Below are positions 1 to 9,296 of a stretch of 64,000 nt of DNA, piece by piece. The notes beneath the pieces were generated by a model. That model was not told the DNA's origin. It saw only the letters and a program-made list of their open reading frames with translations, and did no database searches. The stretch is from the NCBI GenBank assembly GCA_039815375.1, contig JBCBZJ010000019.1, forward strand, positions 1-64,000. The letters are read 5' to 3'. This DNA is from Verrucomicrobiota bacterium. GTDB taxonomy: Bacteria; Verrucomicrobiota; Verrucomicrobiia; Opitutales; Coraliomargaritaceae. A program made the translations under genes and the position numbers. The stretch's first letter is position 1. Each line of letters opens with the position of its first letter.

Positions 1-2
1 AA

Positions 3-914
3 CGTAACATTATTATTGGTGCGTTTGGCTCAGCCGTTGGAATTAACATGACTTTCCTTCTACCCTATAGTCTAAAAGCCAAGGGTTGGGGCAAGGCACA
101 CCGTGAGCTTTCTCGTTTCGATCTTACACTCGGTCTCTTCGTTCCATTTGTCCTCGCAACCTCTTTCCTTGTAATTGCAACCTCATCACAATTCCACGCC
201 CGCGCCGATGGGGTGCACTCCGAATCAGCATACAAAAGTGTCATCGATGCGAGGCTTGCATTCACGGTATCTGATTTCGGTGCTCTACCTGACGCGAAGA
301 AAGATGCTCTGCGCGATCAACTGCCACAAGCCGACAAAGACATGGGGGTCATGCTTGCAAAACGAAATGCGAAAGATCTGGCCAGCTCGCTCGAACCTTT
401 CCTTGGAAATAATTCCCAGCTTATTTTCGGTATTGGAGTCCTTGCAATGGCGGTGAGCACAATGATTGTGCACATGATGATGAATGGCTATGCCATTTCG
501 GAGGCCTTTGGACGGCCGGGCGAGACAGCTATTTTTATGATCGGGGCATCCATGCCAGCGCTTACCGGGCTCCTTTCACCAATCCTCTGGAGCGGTCAAA
601 CTAAGACCGCGCTGGTCGTTCCCGCAGCTGTCATTGCAACAACATTGCTCCCCATCGCCTACATCATCTTTATCCTCTTGATGAATTCCAGGAAAGCTCT
701 TGGCAATGAATTGCCGAAAAATCGAGCTTTGGTCAACGGACTCATGCTTATAGCTGCGAGCGTAGCTTCATTTGCATCGATTTGGAATCTCCTGGGCAAA
801 GCCTCCTCAGGCGGATCAACAGGGATGCAAGGAATCATTGGCTTGGTCACATTGCCTCTTTTGATTCTCATCGGAATCTTCGGTTTCGTGAAACGCAACC
901 GTGTCCAGAACTGA
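3..914 (+). CDS. NRAMP-like (APC superfamily) membrane transporter, 5'-truncated by the window edge
   Basis: The frame is open from base 3 (RNIIIGAFGSAVGINMTFLLPYS...) and has many hydrophobic helices. AVGINMTFLLPY and LAMAVSTM..HM..NG are typical of PVC-superphylum NRAMP-like proteins. Confidence 0.65.
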   Translation, partial: RNIIIGAFGSAVGINMTFLLPYSLKAKGWGKAHRELSRFDLTLGLFVPFVLATSFLVIATSSQFHARADGVHSESAYKSVIDARLAFTVSDFGALPDAKKDALRDQLPQADKDMGVMLAKRNAKDLASSLEPFLGNNSQLIFGIGVLAMAVSTMIVHMMMNGYAISEAFGRPGETAIFMIGASMPALTGLLSPILWSGQTKTALVVPAAVIATTLLPIAYIIFILLMNSRKALGNELPKNRALVNGLMLIAASVASFASIWNLLGKASSGGSTGMQGIIGLVTLPLLILIGIFGFVKRNRVQN

Positions 915-931
915 GACCTGACTACTGAAAG

Positions 932-1978
932 ATGAAATTTGGAATCATTGGAACTGGAATGATAGCAGGCTTTCATGCAAAAGCCATTACCGCGATGGAA
1001 ATTGGCGAACTCGCTGGAGTAGCCGGTCTCAATTTTGATCGTGCCAAGGCCTTTGCTCAGGAATATGGCACAACCGCTTTTGAGTCCGTGGAAGCGATGG
1101 CTGCATCGACCGAGGTAGACATCTGCACAATCGGCACGCCCTCCGGAGCACATCTTGATCCGGCAATGAAGGCAATCGCAGGCGGTAAACATGTTGTCAT
1201 TGAGAAGCCGCTCGAGATCACAACCGATCGGATCGATCAAATCGTCGCTGCTGCCAATGGTAAAAACGTCACCGTCTCGGCCATCCTCAATCGTCGTTTT
1301 CATCCGGGTATAGATGCCTTGAAGAAAGCAGCTGACGAAGGACGTTTTGGCACTCTGACTTCAGCATCGGCCTATGTGAAATGGTATCGTGATCAGGCTT
1401 ATTATGATTCTGCAGGTTGGCGGGGCACCTGGGCTCTGGATGGTGGGGGCGCGTTAATGAACCAATCGATTCATACCATCGACGCGCTGATCTATCTCGC
1501 CGGCCCCGTCAAATCGGTGCAGGCAAACACAGCTTGTCTTGCCCATGAGAATATCGAAGTGGAGGATATCGCCGTGGCCATAGTCGAATTTGAAAATGGG
1601 GCCCGGGGTGTTATTGAAGGCAGCACATGCACTTGGTCGAAAAAGGGGCATCCAGCACGTGTTCAGCTATCTGGAACAGAAGGCTCTGTTTTTCTCGCCG
1701 ACGAGAGATTTGAAGTCTGGGACTTCATGAAGGAAGACAGTAACGACGAGGCGATCCGCAATCAATTCATGAAAGATGCAGAGGCTGGATTGGGTGCCAA
1801 TGATCCAACTGCGATCAGCTTCCATCAGCATCAGCGCAACTTCGAAGAAATCGTTCGAGCGATTCAGGAGGGACGTGAAGCGAGCACCAACGCCAATGAA
1901 GCGCGTAAAAGTGTTGAACTCATCGAAGCAATCTACACATCCGCGCAGAGCGGTGGAGCAAAAATTGAACTTTCCTAA
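932..1978 (+). CDS. Gfo/Idh/MocA family NAD(P)-dependent oxidoreductase (cytoplasmic)
   Basis: Motifs GIIGTGMIA (Rossmann fold), EKP, WRGTWALDGGGALMNQSIHTID; no signal peptide. Confidence 0.93.
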   Translation: MKFGIIGTGMIAGFHAKAITAMEIGELAGVAGLNFDRAKAFAQEYGTTAFESVEAMAASTEVDICTIGTPSGAHLDPAMKAIAGGKHVVIEKPLEITTDRIDQIVAAANGKNVTVSAILNRRFHPGIDALKKAADEGRFGTLTSASAYVKWYRDQAYYDSAGWRGTWALDGGGALMNQSIHTIDALIYLAGPVKSVQANTACLAHENIEVEDIAVAIVEFENGARGVIEGSTCTWSKKGHPARVQLSGTEGSVFLADERFEVWDFMKEDSNDEAIRNQFMKDAEAGLGANDPTAISFHQHQRNFEEIVRAIQEGREASTNANEARKSVELIEAIYTSAQSGGAKIELS

Positions 1979-1982
1979 AAGA

Positions 1983-2858
1983 ATGATTGTCACTGGATTT
2001 ACCGATGAAGCTGGCCAGCCTCTGGAAACTCAAATCAAAGCCCTCAAAGAGCTTAGTTGGTCACATATGTCAGGTCGCAGTATCGATGGCATAAATCTAC
2101 ACGAACTTTCAGAAGAAAGTTTTAATGCAACAGCCGACAGACTCGACGAAGCAGGCATCAACGTCATCGAGTTTGGCTCTTTGATCGGCAACTGGTCGAA
2201 GGAAATCGACTCAGATTTTGACATCACCTTAGCCGAGATTGATCGGGCAATCCCCCGAATGAAGCGGCTTAGGACAAGAATGATTCGAATCATGTCCTAT
2301 GCTCAGAAGCCGTGGGGCGAAGATCAGCATGAAGAGGAGCGCTTCAGCCGTTTAAGAGAGATTGTTAAGCGCTTTAAAGGAGCCGGTCTTGATGCGCTCC
2401 ATGAGAACTGCATGAACTGGGGCGGCTTCTCTCCCCAGCACAGCCTACGTCTGATAGAGGAAGTCCCCGATTTGAAGCTGATATTTGATACAGGCAATCC
2501 CGTCTTTCAGCGTGACCGTTCAAAGCCTGAGCCCTTTCCCTGGCAGGACCCTCTCGAGTTTTACGAGTCCGTAAAAGCACATGTGGCACATGTCCATATC
2601 AAGGATTGCCTGAATCCTCTTGACGGAAGCAATGAACCTGAAGCCTACACCTTGCCCGGTAAGGGACAGGCCAAATTGCCTGAGATACTGAGTGCATTGA
2701 AGCGAGACGGCTATGGAGGTGCTATTTCGATTGAGCCGCATGTTGCGACTGTTTTCCATTCCAAGGAAAACGAAAATAGGCCGGAACTATCCTATCGAAG
2801 CTTTGTTGAATATGGCTATGCCTTTAAAAAGCTACTTGAGTTTAGCAAATTAGGATAA
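1983..2858 (+). CDS. Sugar phosphate isomerase/epimerase, xylose-isomerase-like TIM barrel
   Basis: ATG at 1983, 4 bp after the upstream stop. Metal-binding motifs GFTDE, LHEN, FDTGN, HVHIKD, SIEPH. Confidence 0.88.
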   Translation: MIVTGFTDEAGQPLETQIKALKELSWSHMSGRSIDGINLHELSEESFNATADRLDEAGINVIEFGSLIGNWSKEIDSDFDITLAEIDRAIPRMKRLRTRMIRIMSYAQKPWGEDQHEEERFSRLREIVKRFKGAGLDALHENCMNWGGFSPQHSLRLIEEVPDLKLIFDTGNPVFQRDRSKPEPFPWQDPLEFYESVKAHVAHVHIKDCLNPLDGSNEPEAYTLPGKGQAKLPEILSALKRDGYGGAISIEPHVATVFHSKENENRPELSYRSFVEYGYAFKKLLEFSKLG

Positions 2859-3110
2859 CGATTTGACGTAATTTGCCAAAATTATTTGGCTTTTTATTAT
2901 CTTTTAAGAATCAAAAAATTAAAAAAATTACGGTTAAATTTTACTTAAATTGCTACTTTTCAAATATTTAAAGAATTTATGCTTTTACCCAAAAGCTGCT
3001 AGAGGTCGGGATTTCAATTATCAAAGTGAACAATTTTGTTGATAATATTTGGCAATTTAGCATGACAGAGGATTCGATATTAGAAAAACCCAACTCCCCA
3101 CTTTAAAATC

Positions 3111-3629
3111 ATGAGTGAAAATAATACCTCCTCCAATGATCTTGGCTTAACGCTTGCGATGCTTACGCTTCGTATCTGGCTCTCAATCCGTTCGATTCAG
3201 ACCGGAATTGAGAAGTTTGCCGGTATGTCCAGCGGCGATAAGCCTGTAAGCATCGACGGAACGCCAAACGAATACGGCCTTACCGAAGCGACCATGTCGA
3301 AGGGGTATGCCCTCGATAATTATCAGGGTGTCCCAGGACCTCTCTATGATAAGTTTGCCGGTGAACCTTTCATTCCCGGATGGGGTCTCGACATTTACAA
3401 TGTCGTTCTTGGACCAGCGCTCCTTATCCTAGGCTTCGCCCTACTGCTGGGCCTCGCAACCCGTTACACGCTTTTTGCTATGGGGATGCTGTATACCAGC
3501 CTGACTTTTGGTCTAATCCTTATCAAACAGGATGCTGGAATCGCATGGCTTGGCATCCATATTATTATGATTGTTGCTGCTCTGGTGCTTGCGAAACATA
3601 ATCGTTTTGCTATACTTCGTAAGTGGTAA
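3111..3629 (+). CDS. DoxX-family membrane protein
   Basis: LRIWL...GIEKF followed by a loop and three more TM helices, including LILGFALLLGLATR, which is the DoxX-like pattern. Confidence 0.7.
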   Translation: MSENNTSSNDLGLTLAMLTLRIWLSIRSIQTGIEKFAGMSSGDKPVSIDGTPNEYGLTEATMSKGYALDNYQGVPGPLYDKFAGEPFIPGWGLDIYNVVLGPALLILGFALLLGLATRYTLFAMGMLYTSLTFGLILIKQDAGIAWLGIHIIMIVAALVLAKHNRFAILRKW

Positions 3630-3660
3630 AAATAAATAATAATAGGAGCACCTAAAGCAT

Positions 3661-5064
3661 ATGAACGAAGTGATAACCAACCCCTCTCGCCGCAGTTTTC
3701 TAACCAAGTCAACCATTGGCGCTGGCCTGGCACTGGGCGCACCTGCCATCCTGAAAGCGAAAGAAGCCGGAGCCCCTACGGATGATATCCGTGTCGGGTT
3801 TATTGGTTGTGGCAAGCAGCATGAGGTGCTGCTCAACGCAATGATGAATATTCCGGGCCTTCGTTATGTTGCTGCTTCAGACATCATGCGAGATCGTGTT
3901 GGTCGGACATTCTCTACCATCAAGGGCCGTTTCGACACCAGTATCAAGCGCTACATCGATGCGGGCGAAATGCTTGAAAAAGAAGAACTTGATGCAGTCT
4001 TTATCACCACGCCTGATTTCTGGCACGCGCCACACACGATCATGGCACTCGAAGCAGGTTGTAACGTTTACTGCGAAAAGATGATGTCGAACACCATCGA
4101 AGGTGCACGCTCCATGGTTCATGCTGCAGAGAAAAGTGGAAAGCTTTGTCAAATTGGCCATCAACGTCGCAGCAACCCACGTTATCTCTTTACATACAAC
4201 GAGCTCTTTAAAAAGCACGGTGTTACTGGTCAGATCGTCAACATGAACGGCCAGTGGAATCGCGCTCTGAGTTCATCCGGTGATATCGGAATGAATCTCA
4301 TCGATAATCCTAAGAAACACTCGATGCTTCCCAATGCCGAGACGCTGAAAAAGTATGGTTTTGATACAGGAGCTGATCGTGAACTTAGTCAGAAGGAATT
4401 GTGGCACCGCTTCTACAATTGGCGCTTTTACCTGGCACTTTCCGGTGGGCCTATCTCGGACTTGGGTGCACACCAAATCGATACCTTTAATTGGTTTATG
4501 GGGGTTCAGCCAAAATCCGTTATGGCATCCGGCGGACGTAGCTTTTTTAAAGACCGCGAGCATTTCGACAACGTGATGTGCATCTTTGATTATGATTCAC
4601 CCCAAGGCAATGCCCGTGCATTCTATCAGGTCCTCACTACAACTAGCGCCGGAGGCGGTTATTATGAGTCGTTTATGGGCACAAATGGCACCGTAGAGAT
4701 TTCGGAGCGTGAAGCTTACACAAATATCTACAAAGAATCCGGTGCCAACAACTCTGGCAAATGGGATGAGCTTGTTCAACGTGGTGTTCTTAAGAAGGTA
4801 GCTGCGGGCCAAGCTGCCGGAGGTGCTGATGCCATCGCTTCCTATGAGTCTGCTCCGCCGGATGAATATGGCCTTCCAGGTGGCTTGAATAAGCCGCCGC
4901 ACCAACCTCATATTGAGAATTTCCTCGGAGCGATACGTGGCAACAACAAGCTGAACTGTGACGCACGCCATGCTTTCGAAGCCGAAGCTCCAATCTACTG
5001 GGTGAATCCTGCGGCGGAAAGAAACGAAATCATTAACTTTACCGACGAACATCTGCAAGCGTAG
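3661..5064 (+). CDS. Tat-exported Gfo/Idh/MocA oxidoreductase
   Basis: SRRSFL twin-arginine signal; motifs GFIGCG, TPDFWH, YCEK, GHQRRS, NWR...GG..DLGAHQID. Confidence 0.92.
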   Translation: MNEVITNPSRRSFLTKSTIGAGLALGAPAILKAKEAGAPTDDIRVGFIGCGKQHEVLLNAMMNIPGLRYVAASDIMRDRVGRTFSTIKGRFDTSIKRYIDAGEMLEKEELDAVFITTPDFWHAPHTIMALEAGCNVYCEKMMSNTIEGARSMVHAAEKSGKLCQIGHQRRSNPRYLFTYNELFKKHGVTGQIVNMNGQWNRALSSSGDIGMNLIDNPKKHSMLPNAETLKKYGFDTGADRELSQKELWHRFYNWRFYLALSGGPISDLGAHQIDTFNWFMGVQPKSVMASGGRSFFKDREHFDNVMCIFDYDSPQGNARAFYQVLTTTSAGGGYYESFMGTNGTVEISEREAYTNIYKESGANNSGKWDELVQRGVLKKVAAGQAAGGADAIASYESAPPDEYGLPGGLNKPPHQPHIENFLGAIRGNNKLNCDARHAFEAEAPIYWVNPAAERNEIINFTDEHLQA

Positions 5065-5118
5065 TTCTGGTCGGAATCATTCAACACATTAACAAACGAC
5101 CTATTAAGAAGATATAGC

Positions 5119-5847
5119 ATGAAATACCTCAGCCTCCCAACAGCCGCCTTGAGTGCATTGATTTTTACTGCATGTGGCGACAAATCGGCACCAACCGAAG
5201 AACCGGCAGCAGACGCTGCTGCCGACGCACCTGTAGTCGCCGCCGCAAGTGCCGGTGGAGTAATGGCGCTCACTACAGATATTCCTGAAGAACTGATCGA
5301 AGGCACTCCACAGCCGATCAAGGTTCAAAATCTTGAGCAAGCTCCTACATCGGCCCCTGTTCTCATGGTTGCAGAAGGCACGAAGCTGCTCTCTGCTGGC
5401 AAGGCAGTCACAGGTTCTGACGACTTCCCGATTATCGGCGATCTATCTTACATCACCGATGGTGACAAGGAAGCCGGTGAAGGTTACTTTGTAGAGCTCA
5501 TGGATGGGCCGCAGTGGGTCCAAATTGACCTCGGTTCCCCTGCTGACCTCAGTGCGGTATGGGTATGGCACTATCATTCCCAAAAGCGCGCTTACCATGA
5601 TGTGCTAGTCCAAGTTTCGAACGATCCAGAATTCGGATCCGGTGTGACAACCCTCTTCAACAATGACTACGATAACTCTGCCCAGCTAGGCAAAGGCAGC
5701 GACAAACCTTATGTCGAAACACGTTTCGGCAAACTTGTAGATGCTAAAGGCAAGAAGGCTCAATACGTTCGCCTTTACAGCAACGGCAATACCTCCAATG
5801 ACATGAACCACTACATTGAAGTGGAAGTCTATGGTGTCGCTAACTGA
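5119..5847 (+). CDS. Lipoprotein with discoidin (F5/8 type C, galactose-binding-like) domain
   Basis: Lipobox IFTAC, Ala/Pro-rich linker, and motifs [26 protein letters not shown]. Confidence 0.8.
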   Translation: MKYLSLPTAALSALIFTACGDKSAPTEEPAADAAADAPVVAAASAGGVMALTTDIPEELIEGTPQPIKVQNLEQAPTSAPVLMVAEGTKLLSAGKAVTGSDDFPIIGDLSYITDGDKEAGEGYFVELMDGPQWVQIDLGSPADLSAVWVWHYHSQKRAYHDVLVQVSNDPEFGSGVTTLFNNDYDNSAQLGKGSDKPYVETRFGKLVDAKGKKAQYVRLYSNGNTSNDMNHYIEVEVYGVAN

Positions 5848-5875
5848 CACTGACATACTTTAACTTTAGTTTTTC

Positions 5876-5910
5876 AAAAGGCCCGTATTTTTAAATGCGG
5901 GCCTTTTCTT
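5876..5910. terminator. Bidirectional intrinsic terminator
   Basis: AAAAGGCCCGTATTT-TT-AAATGCGGGCCTTTT stem-loop flanked by A/T tracts, between convergent stops at 5847 and 5915. Confidence 0.85.
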
Positions 5911-5914
5911 TGCC

Positions 5915-6676
5915 TCAAGGAGCCGAATAATAGAAACCCGATCTAAGCCGCCTTCGTATCCTCCATAGAGCTGCGATCATCGGCCAGGCATCATGCATCG
6001 GCCGAACTTTACCTCCTTCAATCTCTTTCCACGGAACTGCCTTTTCAGCACATGAGATATCCAAACACCTTAATGCGAGAAGTAACTCTACATCAAAGAC
6101 ATAGTTTCTCTCCTTAAGTTTGCTTGCCACACTTCTGTATGCCCTGCCAAGTATGATTTTTGCTCCGCACTGCGTGTCTTGATAGTTCAGGCCGGTCAGT
6201 AGGCGGACGAGCAGCCTAAAGAGACGAAAGGACAAGGATCGTCCTAAGTCGCGTTTCAGCGGTGCTTCTTCCGAGTTCTTTCGTATACCGACATAACCAC
6301 TACAATCTTCGGATAATGCAGTTTGTATGAGCCGAATCATCGAATCGGCTGAAATAGCACCATCCGCATCAACAAAAGAAAGCCACTTAGCGTCTGGAAA
6401 AAGATCCCAGGCAGAATAGATCGCCCCACCCTTGCGAGAGCGCGATTCAAGTCGGACTAAATCTACATTCGAGTAGAGAGTGCCGAAAGAATTGACGAGA
6501 TCCGATATCTTCTCTGCTTCATCGGGACTAGAGCCATCATCTGCGACGACCCACCGTATCGGAAGTTCAGATTCTTTTAATTTTGCTGCTAGTTGCGGTC
6601 CGAAGATTGAAAGGCGGTTAGAATCATTCCACACCGGGCTAACTAGAATAATCTCTCGTGTATCATTCGGCAACAT
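5915..6676 (-). CDS. GT2 glycosyltransferase, polyprenyl/dolichyl-phosphate sugar synthase-like
   Basis: Motifs PVWND, DDGS, KGGAI, FVDADG, DTQCGAK, FDVELL. Confidence 0.9.
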   Translation of the reverse strand: MLPNDTREIILVSPVWNDSNRLSIFGPQLAAKLKESELPIRWVVADDGSSPDEAEKISDLVNSFGTLYSNVDLVRLESRSRKGGAIYSAWDLFPDAKWLSFVDADGAISADSMIRLIQTALSEDCSGYVGIRKNSEEAPLKRDLGRSLSFRLFRLLVRLLTGLNYQDTQCGAKIILGRAYRSVASKLKERNYVFDVELLLALRCLDISCAEKAVPWKEIEGGKVRPMHDAWPMIAALWRIRRRLRSGFYYSAP

Positions 6677-6762
6677 TAAGACGCTAGTTAATCGGAATCA
6701 TAGATCAATTGCAAAGGATGATTGCAGTGCTTGTGGAAGTGATTTCCACTTTAACCACTACG

Positions 6763-8286
6763 ATGCCGAAGCAATACCTCATATGGCTCAGTTGGATCGC
6801 CATTTTGATTACTGCCCTGTGGCTACGCATAGGTGGCCTTGAAGATCGCCCTATCCACGCGGATGAGGCAACTGGGGCTCATATACTTGGAAAGCGCTTG
6901 AACGGAGAAGCATATAACTACAACCCGAAGCACTTTCATGGTCCTGTGCTCAGTATGGGCTCTCTAGCCATTTCTATGTTTCAAAATGAAAGAAGCTGGG
7001 AAGAATTAACGTTGGTAGGCCTACGAACAAGCACAGTAATCGCAGGGATTCTTCTTGTGCTGGTTCCTTTGCTTTGGACAAAGCTGATCGACCCTATTGC
7101 AGCAATCGTTGCAGGTGCCTTTCTAGCAACTTCGCCTCTACTGGTCTACTACAGCAGAATGTATATTCACGAGGTTTGGCTTACTTTGTTTGGTATGATT
7201 GCTTGTTGGGCAATCTATCGAATTTCACTAAAGCCAACCCTGACAAAAGGAGCTGTCGCAGGTCTGTTTATTGGCCTCATGTTTGCGACCAAGGCAACTA
7301 CAGCTATCTCGATTATTGCTTGGGTTGTGGCTTTCAGCACAGTCATCCTGATAGATCGATCAGTGAAGTCTCCTAACGCTGGTTCCTGGCTTGTTTTAGA
7401 TTTTATTAAGCCCATTTTGGTATGCACCTGCGTCGCATTGGCGACTACATGGCTCTTAGTCTCCAATTTTTTCCAGAACCCGAGTGCAATCCTAGACACG
7501 GTCAAAACCTACTTCGTCTATGAGACTACGAACGGGCATGAAAAACCTGCCAGCTATTTCATACGTCTCTTGATTTGGCCGAAGCATTCACTTGGAACTT
7601 GGTGGTCGGAAGCTATGGTGCTTGTTTTGGCTATTGTCGCTACGCTTCTCTCCATAAGGAAACGCAATAAACAAAAATTGGCTCTCTTTCTGGTGATTTC
7701 CACCGTGCTACACTTCCTGATCTATTCTCTAATTGGCTACAAAACGCCATGGCTCAGCTTGCTTCCCTGGGCGCATCTTTGTCTCTTAGCAGGCTTTTTC
7801 GGCACCGAAATTTTCCAGGCTCGTAACATAGTTCTCCGACTGAGCCTTATCGTTTTGATCTCAGCTGCGCTTGGCTATCAAATACGACAGAGTCTTGCCG
7901 CAACGCGGGCTTTTTCCAACGACATTCGCAATCCATACGCTTACGTCCCGACCACAAAGGATGTTGGGAAACTAGCAAAATGGTTCTCTGAGTTGAGTGA
8001 GGTAGATGAAAAAATCGATCTTTCACCGATAGCCGTTGTTGGCCAGGGGTATTGGCCCCTACCCTGGTATTTACGCGATTTCGAAGTCGGCTACTGGACG
8101 AACTCAAACGTCGTGGATATTACTTTTCCGGTCGTTATCGCGATGTCCGATCATATCAAGAGTTGTGATAAGACACTGGGAGAAAGTCATGTTGCCCTGC
8201 CTAGGTCATTGCGAAATAATGTCCCCATAACAGTCTATTTACGGAATGACATCTGGAGTAAATGGATGAAGTCTCCAGGATCATGA
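6763..8286 (+). CDS. GT-C fold multi-TM glycosyltransferase-like protein (TIGR03663/Agl23/PMT-like)
   Basis: LRIGGL..RPIHADEA, YNPKHFHGP, SPLLVYYSRMYIHE and YKTPW motifs, about 12 TM helices, and a C-terminal soluble domain with WPLPWYLR. I prefer ATG 6763 over the upstream TTG at 6709. Confidence 0.8.
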   Translation: MPKQYLIWLSWIAILITALWLRIGGLEDRPIHADEATGAHILGKRLNGEAYNYNPKHFHGPVLSMGSLAISMFQNERSWEELTLVGLRTSTVIAGILLVLVPLLWTKLIDPIAAIVAGAFLATSPLLVYYSRMYIHEVWLTLFGMIACWAIYRISLKPTLTKGAVAGLFIGLMFATKATTAISIIAWVVAFSTVILIDRSVKSPNAGSWLVLDFIKPILVCTCVALATTWLLVSNFFQNPSAILDTVKTYFVYETTNGHEKPASYFIRLLIWPKHSLGTWWSEAMVLVLAIVATLLSIRKRNKQKLALFLVISTVLHFLIYSLIGYKTPWLSLLPWAHLCLLAGFFGTEIFQARNIVLRLSLIVLISAALGYQIRQSLAATRAFSNDIRNPYAYVPTTKDVGKLAKWFSELSEVDEKIDLSPIAVVGQGYWPLPWYLRDFEVGYWTNSNVVDITFPVVIAMSDHIKSCDKTLGESHVALPRSLRNNVPITVYLRNDIWSKWMKSPGS

Positions 8287-9122
8287 GTGAGCCCTACAAA
8301 TTTGATCATGATGCGATGAAAACCACTTACACACTAAGGCTGGTAAGTGATCAAAAGCTGTATGCGCAAAATCTCGCATATGATTTATTTGGTAAAATTG
8401 ATGAGTTGGAAGCCAAGCTAAGCCGTTACGCACACGGCAGTGACATCTGGCAAATCAATCATATGAAAGCAGGCGATCAATTATTCATCAGCGAGGAGAC
8501 CAATGAGTGCCTTAGACTCGCCTTCGAAGCCCACCAAATCACCAACGGATTGTTTGACATCACTTTGGGGGCAGAGATCGAACACCAAAAGAATGCAAAC
8601 AGTGGGAAGATAAACGCTGGACAGGGTCAACTCATGCTGGATCCTGAAAAACCTCTGATCTATTGCGAAGTGCCTGGACGTGAACTCGATCTTGGCGGCA
8701 TCGGCAAAGGTTATACACTCGACTATCTTCTTCGCCAAATCGACGGCAGTGAGGGTATTGAAGGGGGGCTTCTCTCCGCAGGCACAAGCACTCAGCTCGC
8801 ATTTGGTGAGCAGCCATGGGATATCACTTTGAACGGAGAAGAAAACTCCGTTAAAGTTACGATCCAGAATGAAGCACTAAGTGCCTCCGGGACAAGTATA
8901 CAAGGTGAGCACATCATTTCTCCAACCGGCGAATCCCGGCAAAACAATTACAGGCGAGTTTGGATTGTGCATGATAAAGCTGCAATCGCTGACGCACTTT
9001 CGACCGCGGCGCTGCTACTACCAGAGGCAGAAAACGCTGAACTTCTTGCACAAACACGTGCAGTTTATAGCGAAGACAGTAGGAACAAAGTGATTTCTCA
9101 GCTAGTCAGACCGTTGTCGTAG
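8283..9122 (+). CDS. apbE: FAD:protein FMN transferase (ApbE family)
   Basis: Motifs GLFDIT, LDLGGIGKGY, SASG, HII, ADALSTA; ATGA start/stop overlap with the upstream gene. Confidence 0.9.
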   Translation: MSEPYKFDHDAMKTTYTLRLVSDQKLYAQNLAYDLFGKIDELEAKLSRYAHGSDIWQINHMKAGDQLFISEETNECLRLAFEAHQITNGLFDITLGAEIEHQKNANSGKINAGQGQLMLDPEKPLIYCEVPGRELDLGGIGKGYTLDYLLRQIDGSEGIEGGLLSAGTSTQLAFGEQPWDITLNGEENSVKVTIQNEALSASGTSIQGEHIISPTGESRQNNYRRVWIVHDKAAIADALSTAALLLPEAENAELLAQTRAVYSEDSRNKVISQLVRPLS

Positions 9123-9296
9123 TATTGCCTTATCTAACAAGGAACTCCTCCCAAAACCGCCCTCAATACCTTTAAATAGTGGAATAAGACGTTTACTCCA
9201 TTTCGCTCGACAGCATTCTAAAGACCTTTTTCTATCCCAAATTATTGCCCCTCAACTGTGGCCCCTTCCCGATATATAACGCTGTAAAACCAAAAC

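Noticed and set aside
1776..1982. N-terminal extension of the TIM-barrel ORF given in the ORF track
   Set aside because: It overlaps the upstream oxidoreductase by about 200 bp; the family-like sequence starts at ATG 1983.
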